Below, one piece after another: positions 1-8,120 of a stretch of DNA of 27,743 nucleotides (its first letter is position 1; every line of letters begins with the position of its first letter). A program made the translations under genes and the position numbers. This DNA comes from an uncultured archaeon. Its GTDB lineage: Archaea; Asgardarchaeota; Hermodarchaeia; Hermodarchaeales; Hermodarchaeaceae. The notes beneath the pieces are model-generated. The model made no database searches and was not told the DNA's origin. It saw only the letters and a program-made list of their open reading frames with translations. Location of the stretch: NCBI GenBank assembly GCA_964347045.1, contig CAYFXC010000025.1, positions 1 to 27,743 on the forward strand, given 5' to 3'.

Positions 1-71
1 AGATGGCTCAATAAGCTCTCCAATTCAGCTAAACTGTTGATTTTGTATTCAACATGTTTTAAGATAATCAT
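1..71 (-). CDS. 5' end of a hypothetical protein running off the left edge (MIILKHVEYKINSLAELESLLSH...)
   Basis: ATG at 71 preceded by GAGGTG SD; frame open to the window edge. Confidence 0.6.
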   Translation of the reverse strand, partial: MIILKHVEYKINSLAELESLLSH

Positions 72-130
72 TGCTGCACCTCAATTTTACTTCCCAAAAT
101 GCCACTCAATAGCTGTTTGTCTGAAAGGAA

Positions 131-748
131 CTACGTATCAGGTTCAATCTGAAATATTGGCTGCCAATAGCCTTTGTCCGCTAGTATTAAGCTATGTTGG
201 AGTGTAAGCATGATCCCAAGTTCGGTGGGATGCGCATCCTTCCATTCATCCAGGTGTTCAGGCGCACTAAAGAAATTAATGTAGGGGCAAAGATAAGTAA
301 CACAAGAGCCCTCCCCCTCAGAGCTAGCTCCTAACCAGAGAACGGCTGATGACGGCTCTGCCGAAGCAATGGATCCTTCGGCCATCTTGATGCGGATGGG
401 CTCTCCACAATGGAAACAACTCGACTCGATGTCGATGGGTAAGAACCGTCCTTGAATCAACGCGTCTAAAGCACACGCAACGTAAACCTGCTTCGCATCT
501 GGCAACTTTAGCTGATGTCGAGTTTGGTAATTTACCTCACCAAAAATCGTCTCACCAGTGGAAACTGCCTGGAAATATGCTTGCACCTCGGGCATTTGCA
601 AACGCTTTAAAAGACATTCTTGGAGCAACTCTCCAAACTCGCCCAAGGTCTTAGGTGTTCGGTCAATAGAAAATAACACCTGCAGCCTTGCTCCAAGATC
701 TGTGGGGATGGGAATCGAAGAGAAACTTTCCGACATAAATATCACCAA
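131..748 (-). CDS. merB: Alkylmercury lyase (MerB)-like protein
   Basis: ACALDAL (catalytic Cys/Asp), IESSCFHCGEPIRI and LCPYINFF match the MerB motif order. Confidence 0.75.
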   Translation of the reverse strand: MVIFMSESFSSIPIPTDLGARLQVLFSIDRTPKTLGEFGELLQECLLKRLQMPEVQAYFQAVSTGETIFGEVNYQTRHQLKLPDAKQVYVACALDALIQGRFLPIDIESSCFHCGEPIRIKMAEGSIASAEPSSAVLWLGASSEGEGSCVTYLCPYINFFSAPEHLDEWKDAHPTELGIMLTLQHSLILADKGYWQPIFQIEPDT

Positions 749-1081
749 TCATAAAGAATTAAGATTCTAAGTGACAATAACCGCCTGATACCTGCTCACC
801 TGCCGAAAGCCACATGTTCAGAAGTGATCTTCTAAAGGCGTAAATGTCTTCTTTAATGCTGTTCTCATTTGTAAAAAAGAATTCTCTTGGGGGTTGTACA
901 TTTTTTGGATCAAGGCGTTTCAGAATTTTTTCGAACTACAGTGCGAACTTTTTTGAATCCGCATCAGTTTCTGGAGATGCATATCAGAACCATCTAGCTT
1001 TCTTAAAAGAACTGCCTAGGCTGAAGAACAACCTAAAGCAGATGGTTGCGGAGGGCATGTTCTTTCTGCCAATCCGATGGT

Positions 1082-1276
1082 TCATTCGAGTTTGACTTTA
1101 ACAGCCTTGGGGCCGCGGTCGCCTTCTTCGACTTCGAAGGTGACGGTGTCGCCTTCTTTGAGGATTTTATCGCCTTCAACTTCGCTACCATGAACGAAGA
1201 GATCGGTACCGGTTTCGCGTTCAATGAAGCCGTAGTTGCGGTCGGGATTAAACCATTTGACTGTGCCTTTTTCCAT
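1082..1276 (-). CDS. cspA: Cold-shock domain protein
   Basis: [12 protein letters not shown] (RNP1) and LFVH (RNP2); ATG at 1276 follows GAGGTGA SD, so shorter than the ORF track call. Confidence 0.95.
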   Translation of the reverse strand: MEKGTVKWFNPDRNYGFIERETGTDLFVHGSEVEGDKILKEGDTVTFEVEEGDRGPKAVKVKLE

Positions 1277-1529
1277 ATAGTTCACCTCGGTTCTCTTCAG
1301 TTGGGGTGGCTGTTTCACGCAGCCGTGCTGTTCCGTTGAATAATCCTCGTCGGAAGAGCTGCGTAGCTCGATAAGCTAAATTTCAATTAAAAACGAAATT
1401 GTCCTATTTGCTACTGTCTGCAGCTACAAGTATGTGGTATATAGGGGTTTCGATGTTGCATGAAATGGTGCAAATAGCTGTTAGGGTACTTGTGGATTCT
1501 TGATCGAAGCTAAAAAGTATGCGAATTCC

Positions 1530-2048
1530 TTACAGCTTGTTTAGGAGTGGTCTAAGTTTCACGAATTGAGAATCTGTCTGAATAATATCAAGAAGCTCGC
1601 TCGAAAGTGAGTGATTGAGTGCTTTTTGGAGTTGTTCTGTAGCCGCTTTAATTTGATTTAACTCAATGAGCGTTAAGGCGTGATGGAGAAAAATGGTTGG
1701 AGATGCGTCGTCTAGTTTGACGGCTTTTGCATAGCATTGTTCTGCTTCCTTCCATTGACCGAGGAGAATATGGACATAGCCGAGGTTATTCAGGTGCCGG
1801 GGATTATTGGGGTCGAGTAGGGCGATACGTTGGGCGGTTTGGAGTGCCTGTTGAGGTTCTTGATACTGCTGGTAAATCGAGGTCAGGAAGGTGAGCAAGT
1901 CGAGGTTATTTTTATCCTTCTCAAGGAGCTTCAAAATTTGTTGTTTGGCTCGCTCAGGATTGCCACCAGCTAGGGCAGCAACTGATCGCTGGAAAAGGTC
2001 ATTTTCAGCTCCCAAGCCATCACCAAACCAATAATCTATGCCTGTCAT
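1530..2048 (-). CDS. Tetratricopeptide repeat protein
   Basis: TPR patterns such as LDPNNPRHLNNLGYVHILLGQWKEAEQCYAKA; start either ATG 2048 or TTG 2015 (GGTGAT SD). Confidence 0.85.
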   Translation of the reverse strand: MTGIDYWFGDGLGAENDLFQRSVAALAGGNPERAKQQILKLLEKDKNNLDLLTFLTSIYQQYQEPQQALQTAQRIALLDPNNPRHLNNLGYVHILLGQWKEAEQCYAKAVKLDDASPTIFLHHALTLIELNQIKAATEQLQKALNHSLSSELLDIIQTDSQFVKLRPLLNKL

Positions 2049-2217
2049 GAATTTTAAAGAATCTTTGCTTCTGTCTTTTTTTGAAGATTTTTTGGTCAAA
2101 TCGCAAATAGCGGAGATTTGAATCGCCTTGTTTCCAAAAGTCACAATATTGTAACATTCTAAGTTATTAAAAACATGAATTTTCAAGAGCAGGTTATATT
2201 AATTTCACCGGGATGCA

Positions 2218-3105
2218 TTGACAATGCAACTACGTAGTATTGCCCATGATGATCCACAAATCAAAAAATTCAAGGACATAATTAGCCGGTATACCGCTCA
2301 GATTGAACCTTTTGGGTTCACGTATCGGGTATATCTAACAAAAAACCAGCCCGTAGGGATTGCATTTATTGGACAAGAGCCTTTTCAACTCCTTGAACCG
2401 GTTGGAACCCCTTTTGTTCGATTCAATGTAATTGATTATGACCAATCAGCAGAGACGCTCAACGCCTTTGCAGATGCAGTAATGAAACTAGCGAAAAAAC
2501 ACAAGGTGCATTATGCCTACTTGAATATTCCAGTCGAGCAACAAAGATTTGCTGAACATTTAGAGCAAATTGGATTTAAGGAATTCGCCAATCGCTCCAC
2601 GATGAGCCGTCCTTTAGACGAGATCTTTGAGGTGTCAGACCAGCTTCGCTATGAACAGATTACACGCGAGGAAGTAAACCAGTTTTTCTTGTGTCTGAAA
2701 GCGTTCATGCGTGGATCTCCTGACCATGTTGCAGAGAGAATTTTTCATAACTTCAGAGACGTCCCTGAAGTTATGTTAGATGAATGGTATAAAATGGTCC
2801 AAGCATATTTTGTGTACCATAACAAGGATTTGATTGGGATCCTTGACCTTGTACCTCAGATGGGATTTATCCAAAACATTGCCGTAGCCCCTGTGCATCG
2901 CAGGAAGGGCCATGCATCAGAAATGCTACGGTTTTGTCTGAAGCTGTTCAAAGACTGTGGGAGTAAGAAGGCGAATTTAGGTGTTCATGTGGATAACAAA
3001 CAGGCAATTAAACTCTATAAAAAACTGGGATTTTCAGTAGATAGGCAGATTCAGATTTTCATCTGGTGGAAGTCAACCAAACCTGATGTTTTAGAGCCCA
3101 AATAG
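2218..3105 (+). CDS. Tandem GNAT-family N-acetyltransferase
   Basis: C-terminal IAVAPVHRRKGHAS (motif A) and NKQAIKLYKKLGF (motif B); degenerate N-terminal GNAT half. Confidence 0.88.
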   Translation: MTMQLRSIAHDDPQIKKFKDIISRYTAQIEPFGFTYRVYLTKNQPVGIAFIGQEPFQLLEPVGTPFVRFNVIDYDQSAETLNAFADAVMKLAKKHKVHYAYLNIPVEQQRFAEHLEQIGFKEFANRSTMSRPLDEIFEVSDQLRYEQITREEVNQFFLCLKAFMRGSPDHVAERIFHNFRDVPEVMLDEWYKMVQAYFVYHNKDLIGILDLVPQMGFIQNIAVAPVHRRKGHASEMLRFCLKLFKDCGSKKANLGVHVDNKQAIKLYKKLGFSVDRQIQIFIWWKSTKPDVLEPK

Positions 3106-3615
3106 AATTAGGTTGATTAGCAGATGGAAAAAGCAAGCGCTGCCCAGGTAAAGTAGCATGATGAGGAATGCACCGACGAAAATGAGGAGCGAGGTAAATG
3201 CTACAACCCCGTATGCTACGGAATTGGTTCAGCGGATAGCAACTCGGAGCCCAATGAAGGTGATAGTGAAAAGCGGGATCGCCCAGAGAAGAATCAGATA
3301 GGCGGTGACCGGACCGATATTGGGGAACCCGTCAGGGACAAAGACAAGGATGCCTAGAGGATCAGTAAGGAACCAATCAGGGAAGAGCATCAAAAGGCTA
3401 ATGATGAACACAAAGAACCAAAGGGTTAGCCGTTCGTTGTGTTTTCGCCCCCACCCGGTTATGGGTATCATTACATTATAGATGATTACGAGAATGAAAA
3501 GCCGTAGCCCGATTAACACTGGGAGTGATATTAGCAGAACAACGGTACAAACCACAATGAAAAGCAAATGGACAAAAAGAGCCGCACGTTCTGTGGCTTC
3601 CAAAAATCGTTTCAT
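3091..3615 (-). pseudogene. Multi-pass membrane protein interrupted by an in-frame TGA at 3229-3231
   Basis: After the TGA the same frame continues as hydrophobic TNSVAYGVVAFTSLLIFVGAFLIMLLYLGSACFFHLLINLILFGL to TAA at 3091-3093. Confidence 0.6.
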
Positions 3616-3755
3616 AGAACCCGTTTCATGGTTCTTCCTTCATAAACTTGTAAGAATCGCAGACATGGTAACTCACTTTGCTTTCGGTCTCTGTCTCCTT
3701 TTAATTCACCATCTAATTTTCTTTTGATAGAGAAAGCTGTGGTCTGGGCTGTGCT

Positions 3756-4856
3756 ATGTCGCGCTGGGTCATGCATGTGGACATGGATGCGTTCTATGCA
3801 TCAGTGGAACAGTACCGACTTCACCCCGAATACATTGGACAACCCGTGTGCGTGGGACCAGACCCTAAGAAAGGCCAAACTCGGGGTGTTGTCCGAGTTG
3901 CCTCATATGAAGCCCGGTCCTTCGGGATTCATGCAGGGATGGCGGTGCTTAAGGCCTATCGTTTATGTCCTGAAGCGGTGTTTGTGTCAGGTCCGTTTTC
4001 GAATTATGTGGAAGCCTCTGAAGAAGTTATGGGTATACTACAAGAATTTGCGGATGAAGGGCGCATACGCAAGGCTAGTATCGATGAAGCTTATCTTGAA
4101 GTTACTGAACGCGTGAAACCGCATAGTGGCCCCCACGAACTGGCGATTGAAATTCAACAAGTGGTTCGAGAGGAAACTAAGTTACCGTGTTCAATTGGGA
4201 TTGCTCCAAACATGGCTGTAGCCAAGATTGCCACGGATCAAAATAAGCCATTGGGAGTTACTCTAGTTCCCCAAGATCCTGCGTCTGTCGCAGCGTTCTT
4301 GGCGCCATTGGATGTGACTGCAATCCATGGAATTGGACGGGTTACTGGGAATCGTTTGAAAAAGCAAGGCATTACTACTTTAGGGCAAATCCAAGAAATG
4401 TCTTTACAAGCGTTGTTGCCGGTATTTGGGAAAGGGGCGAAATGGTTGTCTGATAGGGCGTGGGGAATTGATAACCGAGGTATCGTACGAAGTGGGGTTT
4501 GGCGCCGGAAATCCATGGGTAAGGACCGCACGTTTTCAAAGGATGTGGACCCGAAGTCGGTAGATGTTGCGTTAGAAACCTTAGAGGAGTTATCTTCGAG
4601 AATTCATCAGAAGCTCCAGTCGAAGTCTTATCACTTCCGAACCGTAACCGTGAAAATCCGCTACCGCGATTATACAACAATTCAGCGAAGTCGAACCTTA
4701 CCTGTTAGCACGAACGACCAAGAGACGTTGTGGAAGACAGTTACATCATTATTTGAAGAACATCGGAAACCGGATACGCCCTTGCGGTTAGTCGGGGTTC
4801 GATTAACGAACCTTAAACGGATGAACGGACAAGCTTCGTTGTATGATTTTACATAA
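3756..4856 (+). CDS. dinB: Y-family DNA polymerase IV with C-terminal PCNA-interacting (PIP) box
   Basis: HVDMDAFYASVE, ASYEARSFG, SIDEAYL, AKIATD..KP motifs; terminal QASLYDF. Confidence 0.97.
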   Translation: MSRWVMHVDMDAFYASVEQYRLHPEYIGQPVCVGPDPKKGQTRGVVRVASYEARSFGIHAGMAVLKAYRLCPEAVFVSGPFSNYVEASEEVMGILQEFADEGRIRKASIDEAYLEVTERVKPHSGPHELAIEIQQVVREETKLPCSIGIAPNMAVAKIATDQNKPLGVTLVPQDPASVAAFLAPLDVTAIHGIGRVTGNRLKKQGITTLGQIQEMSLQALLPVFGKGAKWLSDRAWGIDNRGIVRSGVWRRKSMGKDRTFSKDVDPKSVDVALETLEELSSRIHQKLQSKSYHFRTVTVKIRYRDYTTIQRSRTLPVSTNDQETLWKTVTSLFEEHRKPDTPLRLVGVRLTNLKRMNGQASLYDFT

Positions 4857-4864
4857 GCGGTTTG

Positions 4865-4882
4865 GAATGAAAACATTCATTC
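4865..4882 (+). terminator. Hairpin immediately after dinB
   Basis: GAATGAA-AACA-TTCATTC 7-bp inverted repeat. Confidence 0.3.
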
Positions 4883-4904
4883 AGGTATCTAATCTTAGGT
4901 ACTA

Positions 4905-5198
4905 GTGGTGTGTGAGTTGTACTTCAAAGGCTTATCTTCATTATTGGATGAACCAGGCGATTTGTTTCCGCGACGATCAGAACTGAAGATTCTTCGGGGC
5001 AAAACATTGACAAAAACACCCAGCTGGCATAAGGCCATTGTTTTAGTCGAAGTCGCGAAAGGACAACAACTGCGGTTGATTGGGTGGCAATTGAATAAAG
5101 AAGGAGAATGGCGGATGCGCCAAAAGTTCAACATTTCGAAAGGATATGCCTTAAACATTGCAGAAGTGTGCGAAGCCTATGCTAATGAATGGGAATGA
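4905..5198 (+). CDS. Small conserved-looking archaeal hypothetical protein, possibly PC4-like nucleic-acid-binding fold
   Basis: Beta-rich basic/aromatic pattern WHKAIVLV...LRLIGWQ...WRMRQKFNI followed by a helix; start uncertain. Confidence 0.6.
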   Translation: MVCELYFKGLSSLLDEPGDLFPRRSELKILRGKTLTKTPSWHKAIVLVEVAKGQQLRLIGWQLNKEGEWRMRQKFNISKGYALNIAEVCEAYANEWE

Positions 5199-5222
5199 GG
5201 GGAAGTAGCAGTTCAGACAAGG

Positions 5223-5723
5223 TTGGTGAAAATTGTGGCGACGATCTTGATTGTATATGATTCAGAAACTGGAAATACTGAGAAAATGGCGAAATTCGTT
5301 GAAAAGGGAGCTTCTGAAATCAAAGGAATTACAGTCATGGTCAAACGTGCAAAGGATACGACGAACAAAGATTTACTCACAGCAGATGGAATTATTGCAG
5401 GTTCCCCGGTGTATTATGGGCTCTTGTCGGCGGCACTGAAACGAGTTTTTGATGTTTCTGTGAAGATTCATGGAAAGCTTGATGGAAAAGTTGGTGGCGC
5501 TTTTGCTTCTAGTGGTGGTATCGCAACAGGAGCAGAAACCACCATTCTAGCCATTCTAGAAGCAATGTTAGTACATGGGATGATAGTGCAGGGAAATGCA
5601 AGAGGTCCTATGCAACATTATGGGGCTGCAGCAAGGGGTGCTCCGGATGAGAAGGAACAGAAGGCCTGTTCCGAGCTAGGGGCCCGTGTTGCACGCCTTG
5701 TGATGCGCCTTCAGGGAAACTAG
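5223..5723 (+). CDS. wrbA: Flavodoxin-like NAD(P)H:quinone oxidoreductase (WrbA family)
   Basis: YDSETGNTEKMA FMN loop, GSPVYYG, GKVGGAFASSGG..GAETT. Confidence 0.85.
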   Translation: MVKIVATILIVYDSETGNTEKMAKFVEKGASEIKGITVMVKRAKDTTNKDLLTADGIIAGSPVYYGLLSAALKRVFDVSVKIHGKLDGKVGGAFASSGGIATGAETTILAILEAMLVHGMIVQGNARGPMQHYGAAARGAPDEKEQKACSELGARVARLVMRLQGN

Positions 5724-5759
5724 TGGGCGATTTCATAGCTAACCAGTCTAGAGGGAATC

Positions 5760-6242
5760 TTAGGATGATAGGGTGAGTCTTCGTCGTCGAATCACTGCAA
5801 ACCCAATTGCAAAAATGAGCCCCAACGCTATTGCAAAAATTGGAAACCCAGGAATAGTTGGAGGTGGTTGGGTCTGTAACCCACCACTGGACACGGTGAT
5901 TTGACGCTGGATTTGACCAGATATGCTGCAAATCGCTGTAACCTGCAAAATATCGTTATCTTGGGCATCGATGTTGAATGTGTCGGCCATAGACGAGGTG
6001 GACGCTTGACTAGTGTAGTTGCGTTCCATCACAAAGACGCTATTTTTGTTGATGTTGATCTGTTCAATATAATGAGTATTGGGATCAGCAACTGCGTGGA
6101 ACACAGTTACTGTGAGAATTTGAGTATCATAGTCATAGCTTAGGGTCATGTTGGATGGTGGATGGGCAGAAATTGGTGTAATGGTCAAGGCGAATAGAGC
6201 GAACACCGATAGGACGCCAATTAAAAGAAGTGACTTCCGCAT
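5760..6242 (-). CDS. Exported metal-binding candidate with signal peptide and PGF-CTERM-like anchor
   Basis: Signal peptide ending ISA|HPP; H, HYI and C..SG residues; PPPTIPGFP + TM + RRRR tail. Confidence 0.8.
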   Translation of the reverse strand: MRKSLLLIGVLSVFALFALTITPISAHPPSNMTLSYDYDTQILTVTVFHAVADPNTHYIEQININKNSVFVMERNYTSQASTSSMADTFNIDAQDNDILQVTAICSISGQIQRQITVSSGGLQTQPPPTIPGFPIFAIALGLIFAIGFAVIRRRRLTLSS

Positions 6243-6256
6243 TAGAGTAACAACCT

Positions 6257-6275
6257 CCAGATAATGAATATCTGG
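6257..6275. promoter_or_regulatory. Putative operator (inverted repeat) in a divergent promoter
   Basis: CCAGATA-ATGAA-TATCTGG adjoining the SD of 5760..6242. Confidence 0.4.
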
Positions 6276-6340
6276 TATTAATTTTCTTCCTAACTAATAA
6301 CGTTGATATCTTCTAGATGAGAAACTAATATTGGAGGGTC

Positions 6341-6727
6341 ATGATGCGATTCCGTACTCCTCAATGGCTCACTTTAGAAGAAGTTGTATTTGAGACCCCG
6401 GGCGATGAAGTCACAGGTCTTGTGGTGGGAAAGTTCTTCAGAAAAGCGCGTTTTGGTGAAATTCCAGTTTTTTTGCTCTATGATGACGTAAATAACCGCA
6501 TTATTGTCATTCAAGCATGGGCAAAGATGTTGCAAGACTACTTACAAGGGGGTTCGGGCCGAACTGGTGTCCGAATGGGTGAACACATTACCATCACATA
6601 TCATGGTCGTCGTGCGAAGAAAAAGCCCCCAGGAACATTTTACCATGTATTTCGTCGAACTAGAAGTCATTATATCTCAAAGCCTTACACATACCCTGAA
6701 AAACAGAAGCGAACAAAAAAGAAGTGA
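6341..6727 (+). CDS. Basic hypothetical protein resembling phage-type OB-fold ssDNA-binding proteins
   Basis: Pattern F..PGD.V.G...FG...W.KML...GE.I.I.Y.G...K...YH.F; GGAGG SD; Lys/Arg tail. Confidence 0.55.
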   Translation: MMRFRTPQWLTLEEVVFETPGDEVTGLVVGKFFRKARFGEIPVFLLYDDVNNRIIVIQAWAKMLQDYLQGGSGRTGVRMGEHITITYHGRRAKKKPPGTFYHVFRRTRSHYISKPYTYPEKQKRTKKK

Positions 6728-6759
6728 ATTTTCCGAGTGTTGAAATATGGTGATAGTTC

Positions 6760-7593
6760 ATGGTAATGGTAGTGAAATGGGATGGTCGCTCTGAAGAGTT
6801 TGACCCCAACAAAATCGTGCGCACGTTGACGCGAATGGGAGCCCCTCAAGCCGTTGCGGAAGAGATTGCCTATGACCTTGAAGAACGAGTTGAGGAGGGA
6901 ATGACGACCAAAGAAATCTATGATATGGCTGTAACCGAGCTCGAAACCCACAAGGAGGTTGTGGAGTTTCGCCGCGATTTGCGGGATGGGCTAGCACGGA
7001 TTGGAAGTGGCTTCATTTTTGAAGATTATGTGCGCTTACTCCTCGAAGAATTTGGATACAAGGTTTCAGGGAACGTCGTAATTCAGGGGGCCTGTATTGA
7101 CCATGAAGTGGATAGCATCGCAGAAAAAGATGGAGAAATGGTATATGTTGAGATGAAGCACCATAGCGTATTAGAGCGATATTGCCCCTTTGAGGTCTCA
7201 TTAGCGGCTAAGGCTAAATGGGATGATATACAGGCTGGCTGTGAACAGGGTTTGAATGATTGTCAATTTGATCGGGTTCTGATTGTGACGAATACGCGAT
7301 TAACAGAACATGCTCAACGTTATGCAGAGTGTGTGGGAATTGAGCATTTTGGATGGAACACGCCGCGGGGCCGGGGAATTGATTGGTTTATTGAAAATAA
7401 GAAACTGTATCCTATAACGATTTTACGAACTGTGACCGATGAAGAGCGCGATCAGTTGTATGCGCACAAGATTTTAACTTTGAATCAGTTAGTCGAAGCT
7501 GATTCGAAGTCGATGGGGCTCCCAGAAGTGCGGATTAAAGAATTGATTGATGAGACCCGACGCGTATTTGCTTGTTGTCAAGCTGAATCTTAG
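6760..7593 (+). CDS. ATP-cone plus Mrr-like PD-(D/E)XK endonuclease
   Basis: VVKWDGRSEEFDPNKI ATP-cone start; GFIFEDYV, HEVDSIA, YVEMKHH, IVTNTR; GGTGAT SD. Confidence 0.88.
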   Translation: MVMVVKWDGRSEEFDPNKIVRTLTRMGAPQAVAEEIAYDLEERVEEGMTTKEIYDMAVTELETHKEVVEFRRDLRDGLARIGSGFIFEDYVRLLLEEFGYKVSGNVVIQGACIDHEVDSIAEKDGEMVYVEMKHHSVLERYCPFEVSLAAKAKWDDIQAGCEQGLNDCQFDRVLIVTNTRLTEHAQRYAECVGIEHFGWNTPRGRGIDWFIENKKLYPITILRTVTDEERDQLYAHKILTLNQLVEADSKSMGLPEVRIKELIDETRRVFACCQAES

Positions 7594-7672
7594 CTTGCCA
7601 AGAATTGGGAAACGCGAAAGTCTTTTGATGAAGTTTCTTAGGATAGGGGGATTAGTTATTGTTCCCTTATAG

Positions 7673-8059
7673 GTGGAACTCATTATGGAAATGATGGATG
7701 TTGGAAAGCTCTTAACTCGAATTGGTGCAATTCTCGTCATCATTGCTGGATTTGTACAAATCGGCGAATATGCCTTCTATAACGTTCTAGACATTCTCAA
7801 CTATGGGCAACTGTACATCATACCGATGGCTACTCTTGTTGCCGGCGTCATTGCAGTCGTTTTTGGATTCTTAGTTCTGTTCTTTTTCTTGCGTATGGTA
7901 GATAACAATCGAATCAATGCCGCAATTCTCATCATCATCTTTAGCATCATAGGAGCAGTGTTTGCTTTTGAATGGGCTGTCATAGGAGGACCTGGTGCCG
8001 TTTTATGTCTAGTTGGAGCCATTCTATTCTTCATTGAGCCTGAAAGTGAAGGAGCTTAA
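7673..8059 (+). CDS. Small 4-TM membrane protein
   Basis: Four hydrophobic segments; followed by a terminator-like hairpin. Confidence 0.75.
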   Translation: MELIMEMMDVGKLLTRIGAILVIIAGFVQIGEYAFYNVLDILNYGQLYIIPMATLVAGVIAVVFGFLVLFFFLRMVDNNRINAAILIIIFSIIGAVFAFEWAVIGGPGAVLCLVGAILFFIEPESEGA

Positions 8060-8079
8060 GCTCCTTCCTTCAATTTTTT
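8048..8079 (+). terminator. Hairpin plus T-tract terminator
   Basis: Perfect palindrome GAAGGAGC-TTAA-GCTCCTTC (8048-8067) then TTTTTT. Confidence 0.65.
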
Positions 8080-8120
8080 ATAACTGATGAAAAATTGCAG
8101 TTATCAGAGGATAGAAGCTC

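Noticed and set aside
844-1339. Plus-strand ORFs 844..1095 and 1046..1339, and other short antisense ORFs in the track
   Set aside because: Shadow frames of well-supported genes or without motifs and SD
3229-3231. Selenocysteine codon
   Set aside because: Not in a redox or Cys-like context, and no SECIS-like element was identified
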